Source: Squalus acanthias
Lineage: Eukaryota
NCBI GenBank assembly: GCA_030390025.1
Contig: CM059432.1
Span: forward strand, 71,860,001-71,924,000
Direction: 5' to 3'
Length of the DNA: 64,000 nucleotides
Of this stretch, positions 1 to 12,284 are shown piece by piece. Under the pieces are notes generated by a model. That model did not search any database. It was not told the origin of the DNA and worked only from the letters and a program-made list of their open reading frames with translations. Position 1 is the stretch's first letter, and each line of letters opens with the position of its first letter. The position numbers and the translations under genes are program-made.

Positions 1-1225
1 GGACACAGTGCTGGAGAGAATCTGAGGAGCCGTCACTGCGTCTGTGGCGAGTGGCAAAGTTGAAAGCATTGCTGATGATGACGATATGCTCATATCTAAT
101 CCTTCTTCTCACATCCCACTTCCCCCTCATCACACAATCTCTTCTCACTTACAAGCTGCTGAGGGTGTCAGCATGGACATCTTACTTTCCTCCCCTATCC
201 TCACCACAACAAGACCCTTGTGCATTTCTCCTTTCAGATACCCAAGAAGTCCAACCAGCCCAGCCTGTCCCCGAAGTATTGGAGGAGGAGAGTGAAGGAG
301 AAGAAGTGGCACCGTCACTCGACACTTCCAAGCATCAGCTCAGAAAATGGAATTGCGTGGACTTTAGAGGGGGTATAGAGGCGGGATCTGCACGTGGGCT
401 TGTGCCACCGGGCACGAGTGGGCTGCAGCCAGACCAGGGGGAAAGGGTAGCTCAAGTGCCAGCTCCCTGGACGGTGAGTTCGCACACGGATTCTGCTGCA
501 CAGGACTCAGATGGTGACTTCGATCAGGCAGCCTTCAGAAGAAGGGTGATGGGCATGCTAGGTGCAATGGCAATCCTGCCAGAGAGCCTCTTGTCAGTGT
601 CAAGGAGCATGGAGGAGTCCGGCTCCAACATTACACAGGGTTTTGCGCAGAGCTTGGAGCCCATGATTTCCAGGATGAAAATGATGGACAACTCCATTAG
701 AGAACTTATGGACCCAACTATGATGCTTGGTATGATGTGCGATCTTGTAGCTTCCATTGCAGCACAGGCGGAAGTGACCCAACCTCTCAGTGCTGCAGTG
801 GAAGCTCAAACTGCTCTCCTGCAGTTTCAGCTTGCTGCCATGCAAGATCAGACAGCTGCCATCGTGGCTGGGTCTCCGAGTGTGGAAAGGGGCTTGCAGG
901 GTGTCACAGCAGTCCAGCAATCTGTCCCCCAACAGATGGCTAGGAATGCTGAGGCGCCGCCCCAGGGGAGTGGGAGTGGCAGTGGCTCCGTGGAGCAAGA
1001 AACTGCTGACCTCTCTCAGGATGACAGCATTCCTACTCCCAGCACTGCCACTCTGCCAGTGTCCTTGCTGTTTCCTGTCATCCAGCCAGCCCAGACTGCT
1101 ACTGCCCATGCTGAGATGCTGCAGTCTACAGCTGGGCCTTATGGATCCACAGCTGCTCGAGGTCATCCTGCAAGGCCATCTGCCGTCTCCCCCACTGAAA
1201 GTCAGCAGTGTTCCACCAGCCATGC
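1..1225 (+). pseudogene. Harbinger copy H1: Myb/SANT partner gene remnant (end of exon 2, intron 2, most of exon 3); last codons resume at ~6200-6291 after a CR1 insertion
   Basis: Acceptor ctttcag at 231-237; exon 3 translation (SQDDSIP, QSTAGP, PPTESQQ.STSHA) aligns with the partner protein of intact copies; sequence continues gctgcaggcactggggtagcac...GATTAG at 6200-6291. Confidence 0.85.
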
Positions 1226-1261
1226 ACAGAGCGGGATTAAAAAGGAGTGTACTTAAACAGA

Positions 1262-1979
1262 GGCCTAAAAATTTGGCGCTAACGGGGCGCAAAGCAACTA
1301 GCGCCCGGGCGCAGCGCCGCCAACGCTTCCCGTGAAATTCAGTGGGAGGTTAGCGGCGGCGGTAACCGTTAGCGCCCCACGGTGCTGCGCCGCCGGCGAT
1401 GACATCATCGCCGTGCGCAGCGCCCCGCTTGCACCCCGGCTGCGATCTTCGGTAGCGCCCCCTGACTTACCGCCGGACACTATGTCCGATGGGGTCAGTG
1501 GGGCCTTAATGCGGCCGGGGCAGCGCTAATTAAAGGTGAGGTGCCGGGCGGCCATTTTTGTTGCTGGCCACTTGCCAGCACCTGCCCCCATTGCTGTCCC
1601 CGGCCTCCTGACCAGCCCCCCCGCGGAGTGCCGGCTGCGCTCTGTGAGCCCGGCACTTCTCTTGAGTGCCGGGCACTTTTGCCAGCACTCTGATCCCTGG
1701 TGGCCCAGCTGGGCCCCGGGTCGCGCTGTGCAAGGCCCCTCCCCTTTAAGAAGGGGAGGAAGGCCTGCAGTACCGCAGCGCGATGTGCCGCAGCGCGTGT
1801 TGCTGCGGCACATAGCGTCGTGATATTCACTCGCAGCGCCCCAGGAAGGAGGCGGGGTGCTTTCAGTAGCGCCCCACCTCCCTCTTGGGGCGCTACCGAT
1901 GAATTTCAGCCACGGGGGCGCTAATTTTTTCGGGGCGCTAAAAGTAGCAAAAGAGGGTGCGACTCAATTTTTGCCCCCC
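1262..1979. mobile_element. Harbinger-type MITE (~718 bp, CpG-rich) in the CR1-A 5' UTR
   Basis: Ends GGCCTAAAAATT / AATTTTTGCCCCCC; AGA duplicated (1259-1261, 1980-1982) where the uninterrupted CR1 at ~31223 has one AGA; many TAGCGCC/GGCGCTA motifs. Confidence 0.9.
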
Positions 1980-2201
1980 AGAGTGTTTTATTTGGGAATT
2001 TGGAAAGAGTGGGAATTCAGAGAAGAGGGGGAAGGAGTTTCACCTTTTTGCCTACACTACTTGTAGTGCTTTGTGTTATAGGTAGATATTTAATTTCAGT
2101 ACCCATAACTTAATCTAGATCAAGTAAGTAGTCAAGAAACTGCACTGTAAACTAAGTTACCTAAATACAAATTCAATTAAATAAAACAGGGTCATATAGG
2201 G

Positions 2202-3124
2202 ATGGCAGTGTAGGTGGTGTGCCGCAACTGCAGCATGTGGGAGTTTGTGGAGAGCATTGTGATCCTGGACAACCACGTTTGCAGTAAGTGCCTGCATCTT
2301 GAGGAATTTCAGCTCAGAGTTTTTGAGCTGGAGTCTGAGGTGCAGACATTGCAGGGCATCAGGGATGGGGAGAGTTACCTGGACACTTTGATCCAGGAGG
2401 CAGTCACACCCTTTAGGTTAGGTAGTGGTATAGGTCTGGTTAGTGGTCAGGGACTGCAACTCAGGCAGGTAAGGGGACCCCAGGTGCAGTGCTGGAGGAG
2501 CCTCAGCCTTTGCCCTTGTCCAATAGGTATGAGGTTCTTGCTGCCTGTGTGGATGAGGGAAAAGCCTGCAGGATGGATGAGCAAGCTGACCGTGGCACCA
2601 TGATGCAGGAGGCCATTCAAGTGGGGGGAGTGAAAGGGAATGTAGTTGTGGTAGGGGACAGTATAGTCAAGGGGATAGATACTGTTATCTGCAGTCGCGA
2701 CCGAGAATTTCAAAGGTTGTGTTCCCTGCCCAGTGCCAAGGATAAAGACATCTCCTCGCGGCTGGAGGAGAACTTGGAGTGGGAGGATCCAGTTGTCGTG
2801 GTCCATGTAGGAACCAACGACATAGGTAGAACTAGGACTGAGGGAGTATGAGGGGCTAGGATCCAAATTAAAAAAGCAGAACCTCAAAGGTAATAATATC
2901 TGGATTGTTACCTGAGCCACGCGCAAATTGGCATAGGGACAAACAGATTAGAGGTTTAAATGCATGGCTCAAAGAGTGGTGTGGGAGGAAGGGGTTTCAG
3001 TTCATGGCACCAGTACTGGGGAAAGAGGGAGCTGTTCCGTTGGGATGGGCTCCACTTAAACTGGGCTGAGAACAGTGTCCTGGTGAACCGAATAACACGG
3101 GCAGTAGACAGAGCTTTAAACTAA
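2202..3124 (+). pseudogene. CR1 ORF1 (Cys zinc-finger/leucine zipper + SGNH esterase), disrupted
   Basis: CRNC...CSKC, LSNRYEVL, VVVVGDSIV, HVGTND, DGLHLN motifs across frameshifts. Confidence 0.88.
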
Positions 3125-6109
3125 TGAAGGGGTTGGGGTGGGGGGTGGTGGGGGGGGTGCAGGAGTGGGAGGATTCAGGAAAGAGTAAATTTAAAGCAGC
3201 AAGAGAAATGTCAAGGCTCTGGAGCAGAGTAGAGTTTTGGGTAAAAATAAGCAGAGTGGGTCAGGAAGGGACAGAGAGGGTAATAAGGCATCAGTGACTA
3301 AGGTGACATCAGGGAAAAATAGTAATAAGTCAAAGCTAAAGGCACTATATCTGAATGCGTGACTCTTTCGCAACAAAATAGATGAATTAATAGTGCAGAT
3401 AGAAATTAATAGGTTTGATCTAGTGGCCATTACGGAAACGTGGTTGCAATGTGGCCAATGTTGGGAACTAAATATACCAGTATAATTAACTTTTAGAAGA
3501 GATAGGCAAAATGGAAAAGGAGGAGGGATAGCCCTGATAATAAAGGATGGGATAGAGACAGTAGAGAGAAAGGATCTTAGCTCTGAAAATCAAGAAGTAG
3601 AATCAGTTTGAGTGGAGCTAAGAAACAGCAAGGGGCAGAAAACATTGGTGGGAATTGTTTATAGGCCCCCAAACAGTAGTTGTAATGTAGGGCAGAGTAT
3701 AAATCAGGAGGGGCATGTAACAAGGGTAATACAGTAATCATGGGGGACTTTAATCGACATATAGACTGGGCAAACCAAATTTGCAGTAATAGTGTGGAGG
3801 ACGAATTCATGGAATGTATGCAAGATAGTTTTCTAGATCAGTATATTGAGGAACCAACTAGGGAACAGGCTATTTTAGATCTAGTACTGTGCAACGCAAA
3901 AGGGTTAATTAATAACCTTGTAGTGAAGGGGCATTCAGGGATGAGTGACCATAATATGATAGAATTTTATATTGAGTTTGAAAGTGATTTCGTTAAATCC
4001 GAAACTAGGCTCTTAAATCTAAACAAAGCAAACTACGTAGGTATTAGGGACGAGTTGGCTAAATTAGATTGGGAAATACATTAAAAGGTATGACGGTAGA
4101 GAAGCAATGGCTAGCATTTAAAGAATTAATCCATAATTTACAACAAATATACGTTCCTTTAAGGCACAATAACCCCACAGGAAAAGTGGTCCAACCGTGG
4201 CTAACAAGAGAAGTAAAAGATCGTATTAGATTAAAGGAAGAGGCTTATAATGTTGCCAAAAAGAGTAATAAACCTGAGGATTGGGAGGATTTTAGAATAA
4301 GGAAATGGCAGAGAAATTAAACAAATATTTTGGGCTGGATTTTGTCTTGGGGTCGGGTTGGGGTCGTGTCATCCGCATTTTGTGTTTCCCCCCCGACTCC
4401 AGATTAATGTGGATGAATGATGCAATTTTCACTTAATTGGGCAATTGAGTTCTAGCATGTGGGAACCCATGAACTAATTAGTGGTTTCAGTCTGAAAGTC
4501 GCCTCTGATGATGTCATCATTGCTGCTGCATTGCAGGTCAGAGACTGACTGCCTGGATGTTGAGAGAGAAGAGAGAGAAGAGAGAGAGAAAAAAAAATCG
4601 TACTGGAGAAATTAATAGGACTGAAAGCCGATAAATCCCCTGGATCTGATAGCCTACATCCTAGGGTTTTGTAAGAGTTGGCTATAGAGATAGTGGATGC
4701 ATTGGTTGTCATTTTCCAGAATTTCATAAATTCTAGAACGGTGTCTGCCGATTGGAAGGTAGCAAATGTAACCCCACGATTTAAGAAAGGAGGGAGAGAG
4801 AAAATGAGGACCTACAGACCAGTTAGTCTGACATCAGTAGTAGGGAAAGTGCTGGAATCTATTATTAAGGATGTGGTAACAGGGCACGTAGAAAATAATA
4901 ATAGGATTGGGCAGAGTCAACACGGATTTATGAAAGGGAAATCATGTTTGACGAATCTGTTAGAGTTTTTTGAGTATGTAACTAGCAGAATAGATAAGGG
5001 GAACCAGTGGATGTGGTGTATTTGGATTTTTAGAAGGCATTTGATAAGGTGTCACACAGGTTATTAAACAAAATTAGGGCTCATCGGATTGGGGGTAATA
5101 TACTAGCATGGATTGAGGATTGGTTAACGGACAGAAAACAGAGAGTAGGAATAAACGGGTCATTTTCGGGTTGGCAGGCTGTAACTAGTGGGGTACCGCA
5201 AGGATCAGTGCTTGGGCCTCAGCTATTCACAATCTATATCAATGATTTGGATGAGGGGACCAAATATAATATATCCAAGTTTGCTGATGGTACAAAGCTA
5301 GGTGGGAATATAAGTTGTGAGGAGGATGCAAGGAGGCTTCAAGGGGATATAGACAAGCTAAGTGAGTGGGCAGGAACATGGCAAATGGAATATAATGTGG
5401 AGAAATGTGAAGTTATCCACTTTGGTAGGAAAAATAGAAAAGCAGAGTATTTTTTAAATGGTGAGAGATTGGGAAATGTTGGTGTTCAGAGGGACCTGGG
5501 TGTCCTTGTACACGAATCACTGAAAGTTAACATGCAGGTACAGCAAGCAATTAGGAAAGCAAATGGTATGTTGGCCTTTATTACAAGAGGATTTGAATAT
5601 AAGAGTAAAGACATCTTACTGCAATTATATAGGCCCTGGTGAGACCACACCTGGAGTATTATGTACAGTTTTGGTCTCCTTACCTTAGGAAGGATATACT
5701 TGCCATAGAGGGAGTGCAATGAAGGTTCACCAGACTGATTCCTGGGATGGGAGGATTGTCCTATGAGTAGAGATTGAGTAGACTAGGCCTATATTCTCTA
5801 GAGTTTAGAAGAATGAGAGGCGATCTCATTGAAACATACAAAATTCTTACAGGGCTTCACAGGGTAGATACAGGGAGGATGTTCCCCCTGGCTGAGGAGC
5901 CTAGAACCAGGGGTCACAGTCTCAGAATAAGGGGTCGGCCATTTAGGACTGAGATGAGGAGAAATTTCTTCACTCAGATGATGGTGAATCTTTGGAATTC
6001 TCTACCCCAGAGGGCTGTGGAGGCTCAGTCGTTGAGTATATTCAAGACAGAGATCGACAGATTTTTGGATATTAAGGGATATGGGGATAGTGCAGGAAAG
6101 TGGAGTTGA
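3124..6109 (+). pseudogene. CR1 ORF2 (AP endonuclease + reverse transcriptase), disrupted
   Basis: MGDFN, SDHN, YRPVSLTS, GVPQGSVLGP, FADG(D)TK motifs in split ORFs. Confidence 0.92.
4332..4590. mobile_element. One-ended Harbinger-like non-autonomous fragment replacing part of CR1-A ORF2
   Basis: Begins GGGCTGGATTTT (TIR-like); absent from the collinear CR1 at ~33760-33870. Confidence 0.55.
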
Positions 6110-6447
6110 GGTAGAAGATCAGCCATGATCTTATTGAATGGCGAAGCAGGCTCGAGGGGCCAAATGGCCTACGGCTGCTCCTATTTCTTATGTTCTTACG
6201 CTGCAGGCACTGGGGTAGCACTGCATAGGAGCACTAGAGTAGGGAAAGGAACACGATAGACAAACATTAAGGGAATACACAAGGCGATTAGTTGATGTTG
6301 TTGTGTAGTATTGAAATTAATAAGTTTATAAATTATGTTTCGACTATTTTGTGGTGGCTCCCATTTCATCTTTGTGCCCAGGTGGACGCTGTGATGTTCC
6401 TTTCCAGAGGTAGTGAAGTGGTGAGCAACGGGGATCTGGGGTATCAT

Positions 6448-7200
6448 TCATTGGAACCAGAGTCTGATTGGCTTTGATTGCTGGCACACCGGACTGGCGC
6501 AGGATGAAGGCATCATGACTGCTACCAGGATACCGGGCATTCACCATCATGATGTGCTGGGTTTGGTCGTACACCAACTACACGTTAAGTGAGTGGTAGA
6601 CTTTGCGGTTACAGAACATCTCAGGATTGTTATGCGGCGCCAGCAAAGCCACATGTGTGCAGTTGATGGCGTTCTGCATCATGGGGAAGACCGATATCCT
6701 GGCAAAGCCACATGTGCGCTCCTCCTGCTTCTCTCTGTTCAGAGAGAAGCCAATGAAGGCTCTTCTCCTGGAGTACAGAGCCTCTGTGACCTCCCGAATG
6801 CAACGATGGACGGTGAACTGGGAGATTTTAGGAATGTCGCCTGCTCCATACTGAAACAATCCAGTAGCAAAAAAATTGAGGGCCACGGTGACCTTGAGGG
6901 TCACTGGCAGCACCATCGCCGCCCTGCTCTGAGGCTGCAGGTCTGGTTCCAGGAGGTCACAGAGTTCTGTGACAACCTCCTTGGTGAAGCGGAGCCTCCT
7001 AATACATTGCTCTTGGCTTAAGTGCAGGTAGGAGAAGTGATCTCGGAAAACCCTAGGTAGGTAATGCCTCCTGCTGAGAGCCCTCCTGCACCCCCCGCCC
7101 CCACACCACCCCCCACCACCCCTGCGAGCAGCTTCTCTTCTTCACTGCCTTCGCTGCACGCTGCAGCAGGGGGCCCAAGTTTGTGCGAGGCCAGCACCAC
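6448..7200 (-). pseudogene. Harbinger H1 transposase remnant (internal deletion, 5' end lost)
   Basis: VTVALNFFATG, NAINCTHVAL, RYPGSSHDAFILRQS. Confidence 0.9.
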
Positions 7201-7301
7201 TTAAAGCCAGCCTGCATTTCTTAAAGGGAAAGTGCATTCTGGCTAGAGCAGGTGCTGCAATGGCTTGTGGAAGAGAGCCTGAGCAGGAAGAAGACTGAAT
7301 T

Positions 7302-9184
7302 ATGGCACAACAGGGGAGAGAGCATGCTCCAAGGTTCTCTGACGCTGCACTAGAGGCCTTGGTGGAGGAGGTGGACAGGAGGAGAGAGGTCCTCTAGCCA
7401 CAGGAGGCCAAACTCTGTAAAGGCAGTTGGATCAGATAGCGTAGTGGTTAATGCCAAGAGTCAAGCCCTGAGGACCTGGATGCAGTGCCACAAGAAGTTC
7501 AATGACCTCACACGAGTGGTCAAGTTCACTGAATTCATTTTCAAATGCCATATTCCACCACTGCACCACTAGCCTCACATACTGCTCAATGCACCAGACC
7601 CCATCACTCACCTACCAACAATCTCTACCAAACAGGACTCATACCTCACATTCATATGCTTCACCTCACCCTCATGCACTTACCACTGCTGAAAGCCTCA
7701 CACCCATATCTCACAGCTTGTACACATTGCCAGCTATTCAATCATGACAGGCACATCGTCCAAACACATTGCACCACACTCACTGACACACTTCCCTCTC
7801 TTTAGCAGAATAAGTTGGCATAACCAGAGGCAGCAGGAACTAACTGGCAGGGGACAGTCACGCCTGCATGACCTTACCCCGATGGAGGAGATGGTGCTGG
7901 TCATCATTAGAGCGGCCACTGTTGAGGACTCAGCCAGCGGCGGGGCTGAAACCATCGAAGATTACATTATCCTCATACCTTATCCTCTTTCCACTCATCC
8001 CACTATCTCTTCTGATTAACAAGCTGCAGATATTGTAAGAATGCACCTCTTGCTTTCCCCCCTCCCCTCACCACAACCCTATCCTTGTGCCTTTCTCCTT
8101 TCAGATACCCAAGAACTGCAACCTGGCCATGCAGTGGTGGAAGAGCAAGAGGTGGAAGAGCAGGAAGACAGTGATGAAGAAGAAACACGCGATTTCACAC
8201 TCGCAGCCACCAGCTCAGATACTGACACTGGGCGTAATATAGAGGATAGTATAAAGGCGGGATCTGCATGTGGTGAGACACCGGGCATGAGTGGCCTGCA
8301 GCCAGGGTAGGGGACAAGGGTTACACAGTTGCCAGCTCCCTGGAGGGCAAGATCACACACAAGTTCTGCTGCAGAGGACTCAGATGAGCACTTTGATGGG
8401 GCAGGCTATAGAAGAATGCTGATGGGTATGCACAATAAATCGCTTGGTGCATTGGCAGGCCTGCCAGAAAGCCTGAGTGCAAGGAGGAGTCCGGCACTAA
8501 CCTTGCGCAGGGCTTTGTGCAGAGCTTGGAGCCCATCCTTTCCAGCATGGAAGTGGTGGCCAACTCCATTAGCACACTTGCGGACCCAACCATGATGGCC
8601 ATCTGATGGCTGATGTCTCAGCTTCCAGTGCAGCCCAAGCAGTCCAGTAATCTATCCTCCAACAGATTACTAGGATTGCTGAGGTGCTGTCCCCGCCGTT
8701 CCCCGCCCCCCCCCCCCCCCCCGGGAGTGGCAGTGGCTCAGTGGAGCAACGTCTGGGTGCTGCCGCGCAAGCTCAGACTGCTGCCATCGTGGTTGCAGAT
8801 ACCAGTGTTCAAAGGGTGTCACAGCAGTCCAGCAATCTGTCCTCTAACAGATTACTAGGATTGCTGGGATAGCACGAACCTGCTGTCCTCTCTCAGGATG
8901 ACAGCATTCATCCTCCCACCCCTGCCACTCCGCCAGTGCCCAAGCTGTAGCCTGCTAGCCCGGACTGCTGCTGCTCATGCCGAGATGGTGCAGTCCAAAG
9001 CTGGGCCTTAAAGGCCCAGAGCTGATCAAGGTCATCCCCCAAGGCCTCTGTAGTCTCCTCCAGTGAAAGTCAGCAGCCTTCCGCCAGCCATGCTGCAGCC
9101 ACTGGGGTAGCACAGCGTAGGAGCACTAGGACAGGCAAAGGCACACGGAGGACAGGCACTAAGGGAATGTACAGGTGTGATTAG
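7302..9184 (+). pseudogene. H2 Myb/SANT partner gene, disrupted
   Basis: MAQQGREHAPRFSDAALEALVEEV...QCHKKFNDLTRVVK; three-exon layout as in intact copies. Confidence 0.85.
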
Positions 9185-9345
9185 TTGATGTTTGTATACA
9201 ATATGGCATGGTTTGATTTATAAATTTGGTTTGGAATGTTTATTTTGTGTTGGTTTTTATTTTTGCATTGTGACCACTGTGATGGTTAGTGACAGAGGGA
9301 AGGTAATATGTGGGTCTGTTGGTGAATGTGGAATTGGGGTTGCGT

Positions 9346-10478
9346 TTACTGGTGTCGCAGTCAGATGAGTTGGTCACGGACAGACCGGCCAGAAAGGGGC
9401 TTTCAAGGTTGCCCCCTCCCTTCCTCGTCCTCCTCCTCTCCCTTCTCCTCCTCCTACTCCTGAGCTGGTCACCATAAAGCTGGTTGCAAGGCTGTGCCCT
9501 CATGATGGCGAGGTTGTGCAGCATGCAGCAGAACACCACAAATCTTGACACCCGATCTTCCAAATACTGCAGGCCTCCTCCAGTGCGGTACAGACAGCAG
9601 ATGCATTGCTTCAGCACACCAATGGTCTGCCATTTCATGTGGCAGCATGGCTTTCGTTATTTGCAAGCTGCCCATGTGTGTGTGGATTGCTCACCGGAGT
9701 CATGAGCCATGTTGTTAACGGATAGCCATTGGTGCCCGGTAGCCATCCTCTGGTTTGTCGTGGTGGCTCAAATGCAGATGGCATAGCGGACTGCCGCAGA
9801 ATGAAGGTATCATGACTGCTGCCAGGATACTGGGCATTCACCTGCATGATTCGCTGAGTATGGTCGCACACCAGCTGGATGTTGGAGTGGAATCCCTTTC
9901 GGTTGTGGTACATCTCAGAGATTAAATGCGGTGCCCACAAAAGGACGTGCATGCAGTCAATGGCATCCTGCTCCATGGGGAAGCCTGCAATACTCACAAA
10001 GCCATGTGATCACTACGCCTCCTGCTCTCTGGCCAGAGAGAATGAAATATATTCAACTCTCTTGGAATACAGAGCCTCAGTTAACTCCCTTATGCAACAG
10101 TGGATGGCAAACTGGGAGATGTTGGAAATATCTGCTGCTCCAGCCTGGAAGGATCCCGACACATAAAAGTTCAAGGCCACCGTGACCTTCACAGCCACTG
10201 GCAATGCGGTCCTCGCCCTGCTCTGAGGTTGCAGTTGTGGCTGCAGCAGGTGGTAGATTTCAGTCAGGACGTCCTTAGTGAAGCTCAGACATCTGACACA
10301 CTGTTCCTCGTTGAATTTCAGGTAAGAGTATTGCTCCCTGAACACCCTGGGCGGATGTGGCCTCCTGCTGAGAATCCTTCTACCCCTCCTCCTCCTCCCT
10401 CTTCCAGCAGCTTAACCTGCCCTGTTCATTCTCCCTGTCATGCAGTAGGCCAAGAGGAATACCTACTACTGCACCCAT
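9346..10478 (-). pseudogene. H2 Harbinger transposase, frameshifted
   Basis: VAVKVTVALNFY, AIDCMHV, YPGSSHDTFILRQS, CCMLHNLAIMR. Confidence 0.92.
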
Positions 10479-12284
10479 GTCTGGGAGCAAGTGGTCTGTG
10501 CAGAGTCCTTGAAGTCAGGACAAAGTCCTTCAGCACCAGCCACACCATTCCCTGCAGACTTCAGCAACTTGAAAGAACTCTAGAAACCTCCAACCACTTC
10601 TACAATCACAGCAAGAGCCAGTAGAAATCAATCAGCAAATAACCTGTAAGTAGTTGATGATCCCTTTAAATAGTACTGGTAGGGGGTCCTTCCTGCTGCT
10701 GAACACGTGTTCAGCTCTGCGTGTTTAAGAGAGGGTGTTAACTGGAGTGATGAGCTCCAAAATGGCAACGCTGCTGTCAAATCAGCGTGTAACACTGATA
10801 GACATCATGATCTGCCTGCTCTGCATACTTCTGGCGGACGCTCATTGCGCCCGCACTTACAACCTCACCAAGATGGCGTCTGGTGTGACTCGCGCCAGAA
10901 GTGTGCGCAGGTGCCGCAGACGCCATTCTGGATCCAAAACAGCACTCGTAACATCAAGAACGCGGGTGCTACGGAGCCGAATTTTGCGGCCTTAAACTGT
11001 GAGCAACCCATTTCAAACCTTTAGACCCAGGATATCAAAACAAGGCAAACCAACTAGTAAGATATATAAATGCAAATAGATCTGAGCCATCTGGGTTTTT
11101 ATGGACCAGACTGTCAGGGCTTACAAGCCACATGTGGCCCATGGTCTAAAGTTTGGTGCTGATTGGAACACAAATGGGTCACAGCAGCCACTGATCACCA
11201 AAGACTGATGCAAGAGATCCAACAAATTTAAGACATTGCTCATCATGGTCACTAGAGGTCCTAAAATGCCACAATGTGGTACTGGAAACTATTCACTACA
11301 TACTAGGTGCCATTGCCAGAATATTTTTCACATGTACCATGAGCTGTGTCTATATTTAAGCTCTTCACTTCCTGTCAATCTCATGTTTTATTAAAATATG
11401 TGTGTATCAATTGGTCTGAATTAGGTACAAATTGGAAAAATAATTTCACATGCCAACTTTAACAGAATGTAATTTTGTCAATGAGCCTTGTAGAGTGTAA
11501 ATTTTAAGTGCTTAATTCAAAATATATTTATAAATTCAAAAAAATTGTCAAATATAAACCAGCATGAATATTTTACTGTAGAAAATCTTCAATTCAGCAT
11601 CACGTCATGGCTGACAGTGTGGGTAGCTAACAAGGGAATGGGTGACTGATGAAAGAAATGTTGGGAATTTAATTTCCTAAAAATGCTGCACCACTGGTTA
11701 AAGCTTGGCATTAGGGATCCCCGCTTCCCTTTGAGCCTCTCTCTGGTGGTGTAACTGAGGATTGTCTAGTTTACTTGAATCAAATGCAATTATATTTGGG
11801 ATTATATTTAGAATTACACAGAGACTGAAAGAGAAATCTTCTTAACTTCATCCTACGTGCTTTTCAACATTTCATAAAAGGGATTTTCATCTAACAAGAG
11901 ACACATTGTCCATTATTTTAAAAATCATCTAGAACATTTGGTTAGAGAAATCTATAATCATATTGCACTTAAGATGACTCAGTCCTGATGTAATCTTAGT
12001 AAGCATAGTACCGATATGAAATGAATTCAATCCTGCTGAGAGGATTATGAGCTGCTTGTGTTATTGCTCTATTTCAATAGGTGCAGGGAGGAGAATGATT
12101 GGCACAGACCTGCTGTCTCGACCAACAACTAGTTTTGTATTTGTCTGAAAATATAAAGGTCTTTGCATTGCTCAATTGCTAACCAAGCCTATTCTAATAT
12201 TTAAATCTATTTATAGTTCAAATATATATTTTTAAAGAGACTTATTTTTAATGTTTTGCAAACTGCATGAACTTCTCTATAATA

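Larger units (their letters stand above)
1226..6198 (+). mobile_element. CR1 LINE (CR1-A), near full length, degraded, inserted in H1
   Basis: 5' end acagagcgggattaa shared with the copy at 31191; ORF1 esterase, APE and RT remnants; 3' tail cctatttcttatgttctt; ATGC/ACGC at the junctions. Confidence 0.93.
7201..10991 (-). mobile_element. Harbinger copy H2, degraded (strand = transposase)
   Basis: Convergent Myb (+) and transposase (-) remnants; terminus AATTTTGCGGCC at 10980-10991 followed by TTA. Confidence 0.88.

Noticed and set aside
51..1256. 401-aa ORF as a real gene
   Set aside because: Runs through intron 2, drifts in and out of the Myb exon 3 frame and ends in CR1 5' UTR
12081..12158. 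Plus-strand exon candidate after ctatttcaatag
   Set aside because: Stops in all three frames and a weak donor
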